36,916 nucleotides of DNA from a virus (IMGVR_UViG_3300049893_002571:1-36916); one strand, 5' to 3'; counted from the stretch's first letter, positions 26,501 through 35,582 are shown. Program-made: numbers and translations. The notes: generated from the letters alone by a model not told the origin.

Positions 26501-27545
26501 AGATCAGTCTAATACAATCTGTGAACAGGTCGAAGCATTCTCACGCTACTCCTTTAATAGGTCTCACTCAAGATGTTATGCAGAATTGGGATACATAACC
26601 ATGTATCTTAAGCACCACCATCGATTAGAGTGGTGGTCTGCTGTTCTTAATAACACAGACAAGGAAGATAAGCTGCGTAACTTTATGCATCTTCTCGGGA
26701 CAACCATTAATCCTCCATCTCTAGCTATTCCGACAGATAAGTTTGCAATTGTTGGAAGCAAGATTGTTGCACCACTCTCGGCTGTAAAAAAGGTTGGCCC
26801 ATCGTCTGTTCAGGAGTTGGTTACAAAAGGCCCATTCACCAACCTGCATGACTATGTAGAAAAGGTTGCCCATAATAAGGTGAATGTGGGACACTTTGTT
26901 GCACTTATTCATGCAAGAGCTGCAGATTCTTTCATGGACAAAGATATCCCTTATGGTGAAGCCAGGAAGAAGCTGTTTGCTGACTATGTGAAATTGCGTA
27001 AGATAAAGCGGGAATCTGCCGAACTCAACGAGACCAATCCAGTTTACATATTCCTGATGGAGCGAGAATATAATAAGTGCTTTAATAAGACGGTCATCGA
27101 AGATGAGGCTATCCAGGCACTTATTCAAAAAGCTATGCCAGGATTTGCACCTACGCATCGCACTGGTATTCCATTTTATATGGGTAGAAATCTTCCAATT
27201 CTTTCTGGCGCTAAAATCGCACACGGTTTAGCATCAAAGGAATACGACAAACAAGTAGGCATGATTCTCTTATATGAAGCATCGACACACAAAAGCGGAA
27301 TCTCCAAGAAAACCAAACGCAAGTATAATTTCGTCAAGGTAGATCTATCTGATGGAAGCACTACGATAGAGTGCACCTGGTGGGACCAAGAGAAAGCACT
27401 AAAGTGGCCTAAAAATAGTATAGTGTTTGTCAAAGGGAAGCTTTCTGAAGGTTGGAAAGGTTCTGTTAGACTCACTGTCGATGAAATGGAGAAACTAATC
27501 GATGTCAAAATTTCTAGTAGTCAAGAATCCTCCGCAGAATCTTGA
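23523..27545 (+). CDS. dnaE: DNA polymerase III alpha (family C) with N-terminal DnaQ-like 3'-5' exonuclease
   Basis: DEDDh motifs DVETTG, GYNVNFD and HEAMSD; PHP motif HLHSMY; GRGSAGG, FERFL, PDIDCDF, GRHASA, KADILG, VYQEEVM, YSFNRSH; C-terminal OB fold. GAGGAG precedes ATG 23523. Confidence 0.95.
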   Translation: MNFLWVDVETTGLYPEKNDIVQLACIPITLGKEQSPFNEFCQPVNWQNIEEGAVKAHGITVERMRTFQTPVVMLDRFIAYLRSFNTKFVIAGYNVNFDKRFLSSFFTRNGRANEFFELFELQVHDTYTRAQKVKTLLKTENLKLATLAKHFDISINAHEAMSDISATIGVDRKIGELLGEEAFTEEVVETLPTIHLTTEFKEPAQLHLHSMYGMAESVPSIEEWVEWCKKTKTPGFSIVDHGPAVSMYHMTRLNDPSIVGIPGVGIYMYRDHEPDTLYPMNVWAVNNDGYFNLMKLASLGYDEQVVLDGVTYPKLKVEVVHQYKKGLLFGVADVYGPVGQAILEGNREKAVERFSVYLNNFKDQMYVEFNPVSIRETFSTKSGFQKIKKNSLVVDGDWNKTYNKFLSELVDEHSLSCVPVSGAHFIEPGDKLLQECISRNSFTSGKCYIESYHVKTASQLFKELKGQLGEWLDEDKFASWINNTHKIMDAAKDIKIAFSYNMPTIEIPDSIKAKTDDYNKQTLMYAIELCKKHGRWSDDPVYVARFKKEIDVIVKNEATNFLPYFLMYEDICTYARSLGILQNIGRGSAGGCLLSYYLKIIHIDPIKADLPFERFLSHARIRAKSFPDIDCDFGDRTEILRYLEKKYGLGFAQICTFQKMKTKNAIKDAMWALYGRNREDFEIKQLCELIPDSPQGVDEYDFIYGFTDKEGVVHQGVVETVPEIARFFEQYRQVEEMIKRLIGIPRGWGRHASAFVVSTVDLSSSRVPTMRMWDKNTNEMIQVTQYEAPMVEASGLVKADILGVTTINMVSECLRLVKERTGIDYLEEDDKGVAKIYRLPDDQDVYVDFYQKKTDSSFQFNTSLIKGYIQQFCPTSREHLSALTALCRPGTLDAPMVNDEIKKDDGISAAQYYMDVRGGRRNLSYLHKDLASCTSNGVFVYQEEVMKFLVDIAGYTLEEADQIRGAIAKKKREIMMATFDRIRESTAVRGWTKDQSNTICEQVEAFSRYSFNRSHSRCYAELGYITMYLKHHHRLEWWSAVLNNTDKEDKLRNFMHLLGTTINPPSLAIPTDKFAIVGSKIVAPLSAVKKVGPSSVQELVTKGPFTNLHDYVEKVAHNKVNVGHFVALIHARAADSFMDKDIPYGEARKKLFADYVKLRKIKRESAELNETNPVYIFLMEREYNKCFNKTVIEDEAIQALIQKAMPGFAPTHRTGIPFYMGRNLPILSGAKIAHGLASKEYDKQVGMILLYEASTHKSGISKKTKRKYNFVKVDLSDGSTTIECTWWDQEKALKWPKNSIVFVKGKLSEGWKGSVRLTVDEMEKLIDVKISSSQESSAES

Positions 27546-28020
27546 GAAAAACGAGTATGTGATTGATGAGCCGGATTTTTATACAGAGATCCGGGCTACC
27601 AAATCTAAAAAACCTAAATCTAACCAACTCACTGTAAACTATTTAAGAGAATTGGTTGCAGCTGTTGGTCAAAAATATTTAGGTGAAACCTTTGATGCCC
27701 TACGCACTATCAATGTTAGTAAGTACGTTGGCATACCATGTAATTCAGAAGAGGAGGTCCATAATGTACTTATTAAAGCGTTTGAAACTCAGCATCCAGA
27801 GCTTTTATTGGCATACGTTGAGCACTGTTTCAGGCACCGTCCTAGCGGAACAAACTTTATTTATTATTCTGGTAATCCTAAGTATGCTACTAAGTTGGTA
27901 GAGTTGGGATATGAGCAGGTAGATGAGAAGGAACTTGATTCTTTAAAAACCGGTAAGCCTAAGAAAATAGTAGGAAAACCCGCTATAACTGCAGAACAAG
28001 CGGCCTCATTAAACGGATAA
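27502..28020 (+). CDS. Hypothetical protein
   Basis: 172 aa overlapping the dnaE end; GGAG upstream. Confidence 0.7.
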   Translation: MSKFLVVKNPPQNLEKNEYVIDEPDFYTEIRATKSKKPKSNQLTVNYLRELVAAVGQKYLGETFDALRTINVSKYVGIPCNSEEEVHNVLIKAFETQHPELLLAYVEHCFRHRPSGTNFIYYSGNPKYATKLVELGYEQVDEKELDSLKTGKPKKIVGKPAITAEQAASLNG

Positions 28021-28098
28021 TCTTGTATAATAGAAATGTCAAATAATTGACACGTCTTTCTAACTATTGCCTAATAGGCACAAACAAAGGAGAATTGT

Positions 28099-29202
28099 AT
28101 GGGTAAGATTACGATTAACATGGACTCTTTAAAGTCTAGTCGCGACTGGGTACGACACAAAGTCAATGATGGGGCTAATATCTTTAGGATTCTGCCTCCC
28201 TTCGGTGACCCAGATCAGCACAACAACTACCCCTATCGCCGCTGGTCTATCGCTTGGCTGCAAGATCCAAAATCTGGCAAGCGTCGTCCATTCGCCACAC
28301 CAATGACCGATGGCGAGACATGCCCTGTTCAAGAGTATTGTGATGCTCTTAATACATACATTGAAGACCGCAAAAGTCAGCTAAAATCAGAAGGATACTC
28401 TGATGGTGACACCAAAGCAGAGCTAGAAGGTCTGCGCAGTGTTCAGTGGAATATGCGCCTACAGCATGTATATGCTTACAATGCCTGCGACCAAGCTGGT
28501 ACCGTTGGTATTCTTGAGCTTAAGTCTACTGCTCACAAAGCAATGAAGAAAATGATGAACACCTATATCAAGGACTACGGACAAGATCCTACGTCTCTTG
28601 GTTCAGCAGATGACGATAGTGGTGTTTGGTTCAATATCTCAAAAGAGGGTAAAGGTAAAGACACAGAATATTCTGTTGCCTTCCACCAAACTCGTCAGAA
28701 AATGAATGGTCAACTCGTCAAGATCGATGACCGCACTGCTCTTCCTGAGCACGTGGTCTCTAATTACGAGAGTCTAGCATATGATTTGGGCAGCATCTAT
28801 CTGCGCAAAAACTATGACGAACTCTCTTCAATTCTGTTGTTCAACATCGCCCTTATCGCCCAAGAGGTTCCAGAGGCAACTCTAGGCACTTACGACATTT
28901 CTAATGTCGATGTAAAAACCGGCGCAACTGTTCTTAAGAAAACTTCTTCTACAACAGAAGAGGAAGAAGTTCAAGCAGCACCGGTTAAAAAGGCAGCTGC
29001 ACCTAAGGTTACTCTAAATCTCGGCGACGACGATGATTCCGATGATGAACCCACGCCTGCTCGTAAGTCAGCGCCAGTCGCAAAAGCTGCTCCAGCACCT
29101 GTTCGTACCGCCCCCGCACAACAGGTAAAGAAATCTGCGCCTGTTCAATCGTATGATGACGACGAACTTAGTGCTTTAACGGCAGAAATTTTGGGAGACT
29201 AA
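28099..29202 (+). CDS. Single-stranded DNA-binding protein (T4 gp32-like)
   Basis: FRILPP, CPVQE, DPT...G..F.ISKEGKGKDTEYSV; long A/P-rich linker and acidic tail; RBS AAGGAG; upstream of recA. Confidence 0.8.
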   Translation: MGKITINMDSLKSSRDWVRHKVNDGANIFRILPPFGDPDQHNNYPYRRWSIAWLQDPKSGKRRPFATPMTDGETCPVQEYCDALNTYIEDRKSQLKSEGYSDGDTKAELEGLRSVQWNMRLQHVYAYNACDQAGTVGILELKSTAHKAMKKMMNTYIKDYGQDPTSLGSADDDSGVWFNISKEGKGKDTEYSVAFHQTRQKMNGQLVKIDDRTALPEHVVSNYESLAYDLGSIYLRKNYDELSSILLFNIALIAQEVPEATLGTYDISNVDVKTGATVLKKTSSTTEEEEVQAAPVKKAAAPKVTLNLGDDDDSDDEPTPARKSAPVAKAAPAPVRTAPAQQVKKSAPVQSYDDDELSALTAEILGD

Positions 29203-29203
29203 T

Positions 29204-29680
29204 ATGTCTTCAGACCTTGTAAAGGTCGAGGAGAGCCTTCGGGCTCTCCGTCTCGATCGCTTAGCTGAATTCACAAAGAAGATCGAGGATATTTCTAAGG
29301 GGTTCAACACTATGTTGGCCCCTGTATATCTTCGAGATTTCATCATGGCATATGACTTCACGAACACTATGCTTGCCTCAGCAATGAGGTGTCATGGCAT
29401 CGCCGAATCTGCACAAAAGACCGCTGAGGCTATCGCTTATTTCGAGAACGCTCCTGATTACCTTCAAGAGAAGGGTGTTAAGGATAGCGATGCTGCTCGA
29501 AAACGCTATATCCCCATGGATCCTGCTGTGCAACAGGCCGATAAAGTCAAGGCTCAGGCAGAAGCAATGGTAACCTTCTTAAGGAATAAGTTGCAAGAGT
29601 TTCGCTTAGCTCACGACGATGTTAAAAAGATAGCATATGCAAATGAGTACAACAACGATTCACCGAATGAGGGTATGTAG
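29204..29680 (+). CDS. Helical protein, putative UvsY-like recombination mediator
   Basis: 158 aa, all-helical pattern, located between SSB and RecA; the call rests on position and size only. Confidence 0.45.
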   Translation: MSSDLVKVEESLRALRLDRLAEFTKKIEDISKGFNTMLAPVYLRDFIMAYDFTNTMLASAMRCHGIAESAQKTAEAIAYFENAPDYLQEKGVKDSDAARKRYIPMDPAVQQADKVKAQAEAMVTFLRNKLQEFRLAHDDVKKIAYANEYNNDSPNEGM

Positions 29681-29741
29681 TATACTCTCATAACAACCTG
29701 CGCTACGGCGCTTGTCTACGGACGTAAAAGGAGGAAATGTT

Positions 29742-30866
29742 ATGGCAAAGAATAAGTGGATGTCACAATTGACAAAGGGTGTAGCTCAGGCAGCAGCTGA
29801 TCTGCCGAGGCCATCAGATAATGTTGTTGCGCTGCCATCACCGTCACTTAATTGGGTGGTTGGTAATGGCGGTATTACCCTAGGTAAAGCAGTTTGCTTT
29901 TATGGACCTGAATCAGGTGGTAAGAGTTTTCTGGCTCAACTACTAATGATTCAACTTCAGAAAGACTTTCCAGAAGGTATCTGTATCTGGTTTGATGCAG
30001 AATTCTCCTTCAATCCTGAGTGGTTCGCTAAGCTCGGCGGTGATCCTGAGCGCCTTATCGTAAAGCAGACCAACGATCCTCTAGAAATCTTTGACTACAT
30101 TGAGAAGGATCTTCAGGTTCTATTGCAAGATGGTTGCCCAATTGTTGGTATGGCTATTGACTCAGTGAAGGCGATCCGGTATCCGAAAGATATCAAAGAG
30201 AAGTCAACCAAACAAACCATGGGTGGTGGCGGAGCTTCTTATCTGGGTTCTGCCCTCAAAGGTATTCTTCCTGTTATTCGTAAATATAGCATCACTACTG
30301 CACTTATCCAACAAGTGTATGAAGAGATGGACGAATACAAAAAGATGAACAACCCATATCTAGTGCCAGATGGTCGAGCATTAAAGCACTTCTGTGATTA
30401 CATGCTTGAGGTTGCTAGGATCGACACTAAAGACGGTCGCGTAGAGAAGGGCAAGAATATCTATGGTGGCGCTGCACAAATCGGCCACAAGGTTCGCGTC
30501 CGCGGTAAGAAGAATCGCGTAGGTGCTCCTTTCCGTGCTGCCGAGTTTACCCTAACCTACACAAAGGGTATCACCAATATTGGCGAAGAGGTCTATGAGT
30601 TGGCTAAGAGTCTTAAGGTTGTTAAACACCCAATCAATCCAGAGACCGGTAAAGAAAGCCCAATGATGTGGCAGCTTGGTGATGATGCCACAACACAGAT
30701 TAAGGGTGAAGATAACTTCAAAAAAATCTTTCTGTCTAAACCCGATATGTGGGATAAGGCAATGACCTTATGTAACAGCATTGAAGATGAGGACGAAGTT
30801 ATTCTTCTTCGTAATAAAGAACTTGGCTATATAGATGCAGAACTTGGGGCACCAGAGCTTGAGTAA
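29742..30866 (+). CDS. recA: RecA/UvsX recombinase
   Basis: YGPESGGKS, WFDAE, AIDSV, PDGRALKH, KKNRVGAPFR; AGGAGG precedes ATG 29742. Confidence 0.92.
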   Translation: MAKNKWMSQLTKGVAQAAADLPRPSDNVVALPSPSLNWVVGNGGITLGKAVCFYGPESGGKSFLAQLLMIQLQKDFPEGICIWFDAEFSFNPEWFAKLGGDPERLIVKQTNDPLEIFDYIEKDLQVLLQDGCPIVGMAIDSVKAIRYPKDIKEKSTKQTMGGGGASYLGSALKGILPVIRKYSITTALIQQVYEEMDEYKKMNNPYLVPDGRALKHFCDYMLEVARIDTKDGRVEKGKNIYGGAAQIGHKVRVRGKKNRVGAPFRAAEFTLTYTKGITNIGEEVYELAKSLKVVKHPINPETGKESPMMWQLGDDATTQIKGEDNFKKIFLSKPDMWDKAMTLCNSIEDEDEVILLRNKELGYIDAELGAPELE

Positions 30867-31191
30867 GATTAATGAAATGATGGAGAGAGTCGGCGAATTC
30901 GCCGACTCTTATCCTAATTTAGACTTTGGCTATGTAATAGTTTCACCAAAACTACTTGCAGAGATGCTTAAAGAGCTGCATAGTTCTTATCGCTATCAGC
31001 AGTCGCATGCCAATGGTTTTGAAAGCCTAGCCCTACAAACACACCATGGTCAACTGTATGTGAAAACAGAATCAGATTTAGAAGACGATGATTTTATTCT
31101 TTTAGATAGATCTGGCAACAGATACTCATATAAGCACTTCTTTATAAACCAGCAAATGGAAAAAATACTCCTAAAGGGAGAAACCCCATGA
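30835..31191 (+). CDS. Hypothetical protein (start uncertain, possibly TTG 30859)
   Basis: ORF fills the recA-sbcD gap; ATGA overlap with the next gene. Confidence 0.6.
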   Translation: MQNLGHQSLSKINEMMERVGEFADSYPNLDFGYVIVSPKLLAEMLKELHSSYRYQQSHANGFESLALQTHHGQLYVKTESDLEDDDFILLDRSGNRYSYKHFFINQQMEKILLKGETP

Positions 31192-32198
31192 GCAAAGTTT
31201 TACTAATAGGCGATCCTCATCTTAAAGTCTCTAACTTAGCCGCGGCGAAAACTTTCCTTTTCTGGCTAAATCAAGTAGTAGTTGAAACTAAGCCAGATTT
31301 TGTTATAAACCTGGGCGACACATTCGACACCCATGCTGTAGTCAGGTCTGAGCTCCTCTCCGAATTTAAGAACCATCTTCAATCGATAACGTCTCTTTGT
31401 CCCTATTTTTATGTGCTTGGTAACCACGATATGTTTAAACCCAACGATAGCACATATCATGCCCTTCAGGCGTTTTCGGGCGTCTATGATAATCTGATAG
31501 TAGTGGACAAAATTCTTCATAGAAATGATGTAGGAATAACATTCGTTCCATTCCAGCCAAACCATAGTAGCTTTCCAACAGAAACGCTACCAATATGTGT
31601 CGCACACCAGACTTTTGTCGGGTGCGATTTCGGTGGATATCGTCCAGACGACGGCGTCGATCCTGATACCGTATCTGCTGACCTAATAATCAGTGGTCAT
31701 ATCCATAAGAAACAGGCATTTGGCAAAGTGTTCTATCCCGGTAGCCCTTATTCTCAAAGCATGAAGGATATCGGGCAGATTAAAGGTGTGTCGATACTAG
31801 ATATGGATACCTATCAAATAGAATTCCTACAATCTCCACTACCATCTTGGCAAAGTCTCGAAGTAGCAGTGTCAGACGTAAAGTCTACGATAGCACATAT
31901 TCGAGATTCGATAAACGAAAATGATAATTGGGTAGTTGTTTTCACTGGTCCACGTAAAGAGATTGCGGCTATATTTGACTCTAAAGAGTGGAAAAAGTTA
32001 TGTGAAAAGTCAAGAATCTCTACTCGTACTAAGTACATAGATTCTAACCGGGTAGAAAGAATAAAGATTAAGGCTCATACTGTGACAGATGTGGTGGATG
32101 AATATATAGATCGGGTTTATTCTGGCGGGGTGGATAAGGCCGTAATAAAGAAGACAATGCGGCAACTATTCGATAATGTTGACAAAAATAGTGTTTAA
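31188..32198 (+). CDS. SbcD/Mre11/gp47-like nuclease
   Basis: GDPH, LGDTFD, GNHD, AHQ, SGHIH, YPGSP. Confidence 0.9.
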   Translation: MSKVLLIGDPHLKVSNLAAAKTFLFWLNQVVVETKPDFVINLGDTFDTHAVVRSELLSEFKNHLQSITSLCPYFYVLGNHDMFKPNDSTYHALQAFSGVYDNLIVVDKILHRNDVGITFVPFQPNHSSFPTETLPICVAHQTFVGCDFGGYRPDDGVDPDTVSADLIISGHIHKKQAFGKVFYPGSPYSQSMKDIGQIKGVSILDMDTYQIEFLQSPLPSWQSLEVAVSDVKSTIAHIRDSINENDNWVVVFTGPRKEIAAIFDSKEWKKLCEKSRISTRTKYIDSNRVERIKIKAHTVTDVVDEYIDRVYSGGVDKAVIKKTMRQLFDNVDKNSV

Positions 32199-32225
32199 CT
32201 GTCTACATATGATATTATAACATAA

Positions 32226-32687
32226 GTGAGAGATATGACTCTTCAGGTTGAAGAACATTTAGACCACCAGCGATGGCTCATGAATAATGGGTTGCTGAAC
32301 GATCTGCATAAGGATACGTTGTATCTATACGGTACTCTTGTCCACAGAGATGTAAAGGCTGTTGAGCTAAACATTCAACCTGAGAATAAGGCCTTAGAAT
32401 ATATAGTGTATATAGATTCTAATCTTTTTAAGAGTTATCAACTCTACAATGAGTTGCGTACGACTAGTAGTATAATTGGGCTATGGCGACTAAAACGTTT
32501 GCTTAAGAAGAAAGGAAATCTCAACTTTATGGCAATCTTAAGTGGCTTCGTGAAAACATATTGCGGCCCTAAGTGGAATGTAAAGTTAGAGGTTAAGGAT
32601 TTTAAAGAGTATGAGGAAGGTTTTAAAGGGATTGACACAGGATCAGGTAATGATCCACAGGCTAATCTCAGCACTAACGAAAAATAA
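32226..32687 (+). CDS. Hypothetical protein
   Basis: 153-aa ORF (GTG 32226 or ATG 32235). Confidence 0.65.
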   Translation: MRDMTLQVEEHLDHQRWLMNNGLLNDLHKDTLYLYGTLVHRDVKAVELNIQPENKALEYIVYIDSNLFKSYQLYNELRTTSSIIGLWRLKRLLKKKGNLNFMAILSGFVKTYCGPKWNVKLEVKDFKEYEEGFKGIDTGSGNDPQANLSTNEK

Positions 32688-33057
32688 AGACCTGCAGCAA
32701 GATCTGTGGGTTTCCTACCTATCTGGCGAAATAGATTCGACTTTCTCCAATAAACTTCAACAACTCTCCATCGCCGACGATATAGAAAAGAGAGCCTCCG
32801 CAAGTTTCCAAGACATCCTAGACCTAAATATCCCACAAGATCTATTAGACAACCTTTCAGACCTCCAGTGCACCATCCTACTCATGACAATTCTAGGTTA
32901 TAGCCTAGAACAAGTTGGTAGGTATAATGGTGTAGAACAGGTTATAATTGATAAAGAAATGGTTGATCTAACTAAAAATCAAGTGTGGGTAGACTATGGC
33001 TTTAAAGCGCCACCTAAGTCAAGACGAAAGATTCGGGCTAACCGAAGAAGAGATTAA
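32650..33057 (+). CDS. Small sigma-like protein with region-4-type HTH
   Basis: DLQQDLWVSYL resembles ECF region 2; LSDLQCTILLMTILGYSLEQVGRYNGV resembles region 4. Start uncertain (32611 or 32650). Confidence 0.5.
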   Translation: MIHRLISALTKNKDLQQDLWVSYLSGEIDSTFSNKLQQLSIADDIEKRASASFQDILDLNIPQDLLDNLSDLQCTILLMTILGYSLEQVGRYNGVEQVIIDKEMVDLTKNQVWVDYGFKAPPKSRRKIRANRRRD

Positions 33058-33613
33058 GATATCTGAAAAATATCTTAGGAAGAATAAAACTGCCGGTGCT
33101 GTAGCAGAGGCTGAGTCTATGAAGCTTTATGAGCTATTCATGCTCGGCTACTCATTCAACGATATCCAACAACAGTATCCGCAATACCCTGTCGCGCAGA
33201 TTATCTTAACGGCAGCTCTACGAGGCTGGTGTAAAGATAGAGAGAGGATGATGGGTTCTCTCAGAGACCGCATACAGGCCAAGGTTGTTAAGTCGGTTAT
33301 AGAGCAGGTAGATTTCTTGACCACCATGCTTTCAGTAACCAACGTCCAGCACATGGATGTTATGCGCAGATTCATTATGGATCCGACTAATAACCCTCTT
33401 CCATCTATATATGTCCAAAACATAAAAGAATACAAAGAGGTCGCAGAAGTCCTGCATAAGCTAGTTGCCGGTGTTTCACCAGGTACTGGTAAAAAGAGTG
33501 CCATGATGGATGCTTTGTCTACGCCAGTTAAAGTAGAAAAGCTAGATGAAAATAAGCAGCCACAGACTTTAGATATACGTCAACTTGCTGCTGATGCAGA
33601 AGACGATGACTAA
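32996..33613 (+). CDS. Putative terminase small subunit
   Basis: 205 aa; HTH-like LYELFMLGYSFNDIQQQY plus helical body; overlaps the terminase large subunit start. Confidence 0.6.
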   Translation: MALKRHLSQDERFGLTEEEIKISEKYLRKNKTAGAVAEAESMKLYELFMLGYSFNDIQQQYPQYPVAQIILTAALRGWCKDRERMMGSLRDRIQAKVVKSVIEQVDFLTTMLSVTNVQHMDVMRRFIMDPTNNPLPSIYVQNIKEYKEVAEVLHKLVAGVSPGTGKKSAMMDALSTPVKVEKLDENKQPQTLDIRQLAADAEDDD

Positions 33614-35582
33614 GAAGGCAACAAAGATAAAGCCCCCAAAGGGCAACATACTTAAAACTCTAACGCTAGAACAGCGTACTGAGTTATTTTTTCGTATCTG
33701 TAAAAATAAAGCAGAGTTAAAAGCCTGGATCAAATTGTTCCTAAATCTAGATCTACCGGATAAAACCGTGTCTCGCTATGCTGACACTAATCCGCTAGAT
33801 ATTGTCTGGCTTATATATGAGATTTGTGTTCTAGAAAGAAACGTCGAGGATATAGAAGAGTTGTTGTGTGTTGCTGGGCGAGGCAGCGGTAAAACTCTAG
33901 CCGTTGCTATTGCAGAGTTCATCTTGTTGTTCCACGATCAGCGCGACGTTGCTCATGTGGGTGCAATCTTATCTCAGGCTAAGCGCTGTTATCAGTATCA
34001 GCAAGGCTTCATGCTCAATGAGAGGGTGAAGCCCATACTGAATCAAAGCATAGACGGCTTTCCTGTAATGGAAAAAACAACACAGGAAAAAAGCTCATTT
34101 AATATACGCGACAGGAAGACAGGAGATCTGGTTAAAGTCGACCTAGAAGTACTCCCTTGTACTCTAAAGTCGGTCAACGGTTTTCACGGAGCCTTTGTGT
34201 CCGTGGATGAGATCGACACCGTTCAAGGTGAGGGTGTTAGAGCTTTCCAAGATATCTCCGGTATGTTGGACTCCAAGAGAGGCCGCAAATCTCTTAGGGT
34301 TGGTATATCCACACGCAAATCTAGATATGGCCTAATGAATCAGCAGATTGAAGATGCTGTTGCTCAAGGCCGTACTGTAAAGAAGTGGACGGTTCTAGAA
34401 TTTAGTGAGCGCTGCCCTGACGAGAGATCGGGAACAACACCCACGGTTGGATACTATCTTCAAGACACTATGGAAGTGATCGATGAAGAGCAGTGGAGTA
34501 AAAAAGACGGTAAGAAAAAAGAAGAATATATTAAGCATGAGTTTGCTGGTGAGGGTTGTCTAAAGTGCCCAATGGCCGCACTATGCTTGTCCGACGCCAA
34601 AAAGCAATCATCCAAATCCTCAATGTTGAAGCCAATATCTGACGCTATTAAAAAAACTAGAGAGAACGGCGCAGATTGGGCAATCTCTCAGCTTTATAAC
34701 CTAAAACCTTCTGTCGAAGGAATAGTTTATAAAGAGTTTGATGAGAAGGAACACGTGAAAAACTGGAATGAGATGTGGTATATCCTTACCAATCAAGAAT
34801 ATCCAGGTGAGTGTACACATGACATCTTTGTTAAAAAGTGTCACGCGATGGGTTTAACTTGTTATGCTGGTATTGACTGGGGCTGGTCAAACCCAAGCAC
34901 GGTGGTTTTCTTCTTTGTAGATAAGCGTGAAAATATCTATGTGGTTCGATGCGAGGGTCGCACATATACAAACAACCCTACTTGGGCACAGATAATCAGA
35001 AGTAAGTGGCACCATATGTACCGCTGCCAACTATACTTCCCTGACTTAGCAAACCCAGGCGACGCCCAAACAATGCGCACCGAAGGACTTCCTTGCCCCA
35101 GTGAAGTAGAAAAAAGCACAGAGAGTGGCATACAGGTTGTAAAGAAATGGCTGAAGAGTTTAGCCTCCGTTAATCCAAAAATTTTCTTCGCTAAAGACAC
35201 TTGCGGTCCAATAATTGTGGAGTTTGGTCTTTATCACTTTAAGACTGACGCGGCTGGCAAAATAACAGATGATGTAGAAAAAGAACACGATCACTGGTTG
35301 GATGCATTGAGGTATGCGCTGTACTCTCTCTTCGGCAAGAGCGCCGCAATAATAGCAGATCCTGATTATGAGAGCAAATCTAAGCTAGTTGATAGATTTG
35401 GTAGCTTTTCTAGAATGCCTTCTCCCGAAGAGTTTGCTGCTTCTAAGAATATACGCATTAATCCAGAGGCCGATCAGAGTAAGGCAAAACTAGGTCAAAT
35501 AGGTAAAAAGAGTGATTTAGATTCAGATGATGGCGGGGATTCAGGTATAGGCGGCGATGCATCGTTCTTATGGTCGTTCTGA
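33606..35582 (+). CDS. terL: Terminase large subunit
   Basis: Walker A AGRGSGKT, Walker B VSVDEID, motif III ISTR, nuclease motifs GIDWG and HDHWLDALRY; followed by the portal. Confidence 0.92.
   Translation: MTKKATKIKPPKGNILKTLTLEQRTELFFRICKNKAELKAWIKLFLNLDLPDKTVSRYADTNPLDIVWLIYEICVLERNVEDIEELLCVAGRGSGKTLAVAIAEFILLFHDQRDVAHVGAILSQAKRCYQYQQGFMLNERVKPILNQSIDGFPVMEKTTQEKSSFNIRDRKTGDLVKVDLEVLPCTLKSVNGFHGAFVSVDEIDTVQGEGVRAFQDISGMLDSKRGRKSLRVGISTRKSRYGLMNQQIEDAVAQGRTVKKWTVLEFSERCPDERSGTTPTVGYYLQDTMEVIDEEQWSKKDGKKKEEYIKHEFAGEGCLKCPMAALCLSDAKKQSSKSSMLKPISDAIKKTRENGADWAISQLYNLKPSVEGIVYKEFDEKEHVKNWNEMWYILTNQEYPGECTHDIFVKKCHAMGLTCYAGIDWGWSNPSTVVFFFVDKRENIYVVRCEGRTYTNNPTWAQIIRSKWHHMYRCQLYFPDLANPGDAQTMRTEGLPCPSEVEKSTESGIQVVKKWLKSLASVNPKIFFAKDTCGPIIVEFGLYHFKTDAAGKITDDVEKEHDHWLDALRYALYSLFGKSAAIIADPDYESKSKLVDRFGSFSRMPSPEEFAASKNIRINPEADQSKAKLGQIGKKSDLDSDDGGDSGIGGDASFLWSF

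Noticed and set aside
28047-28075. Canonical -35 TTGACA promoter for the SSB gene (also TTGACA at 32179)
   Set aside because: No good -10 hexamer at 16-18 bp spacing; the 28047 copy is better explained as one arm of an inverted repeat.
20274-32198. Separation of the SbcC-like and SbcD-like genes by about 9 kb as a novel system
   Set aside because: Both genes look intact and conventional; unlinked gene order alone is not evidence of new function.
93-35200. Numerous short antisense or out-of-frame ORFs in the track (e.g. 19584..20024 -, 26721..27224 -, 32444..32836 -)
   Set aside because: They lie within well-supported genes, lack RBS or recognisable motifs, and look like shadow ORFs.
23523-35582. 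Inteins in DnaE, RecA or terminase
   Set aside because: No C/S...HN-[CST] splice junctions or LAGLIDADG blocks seen; the extra length is explained by the exonuclease fusion and short insertions.
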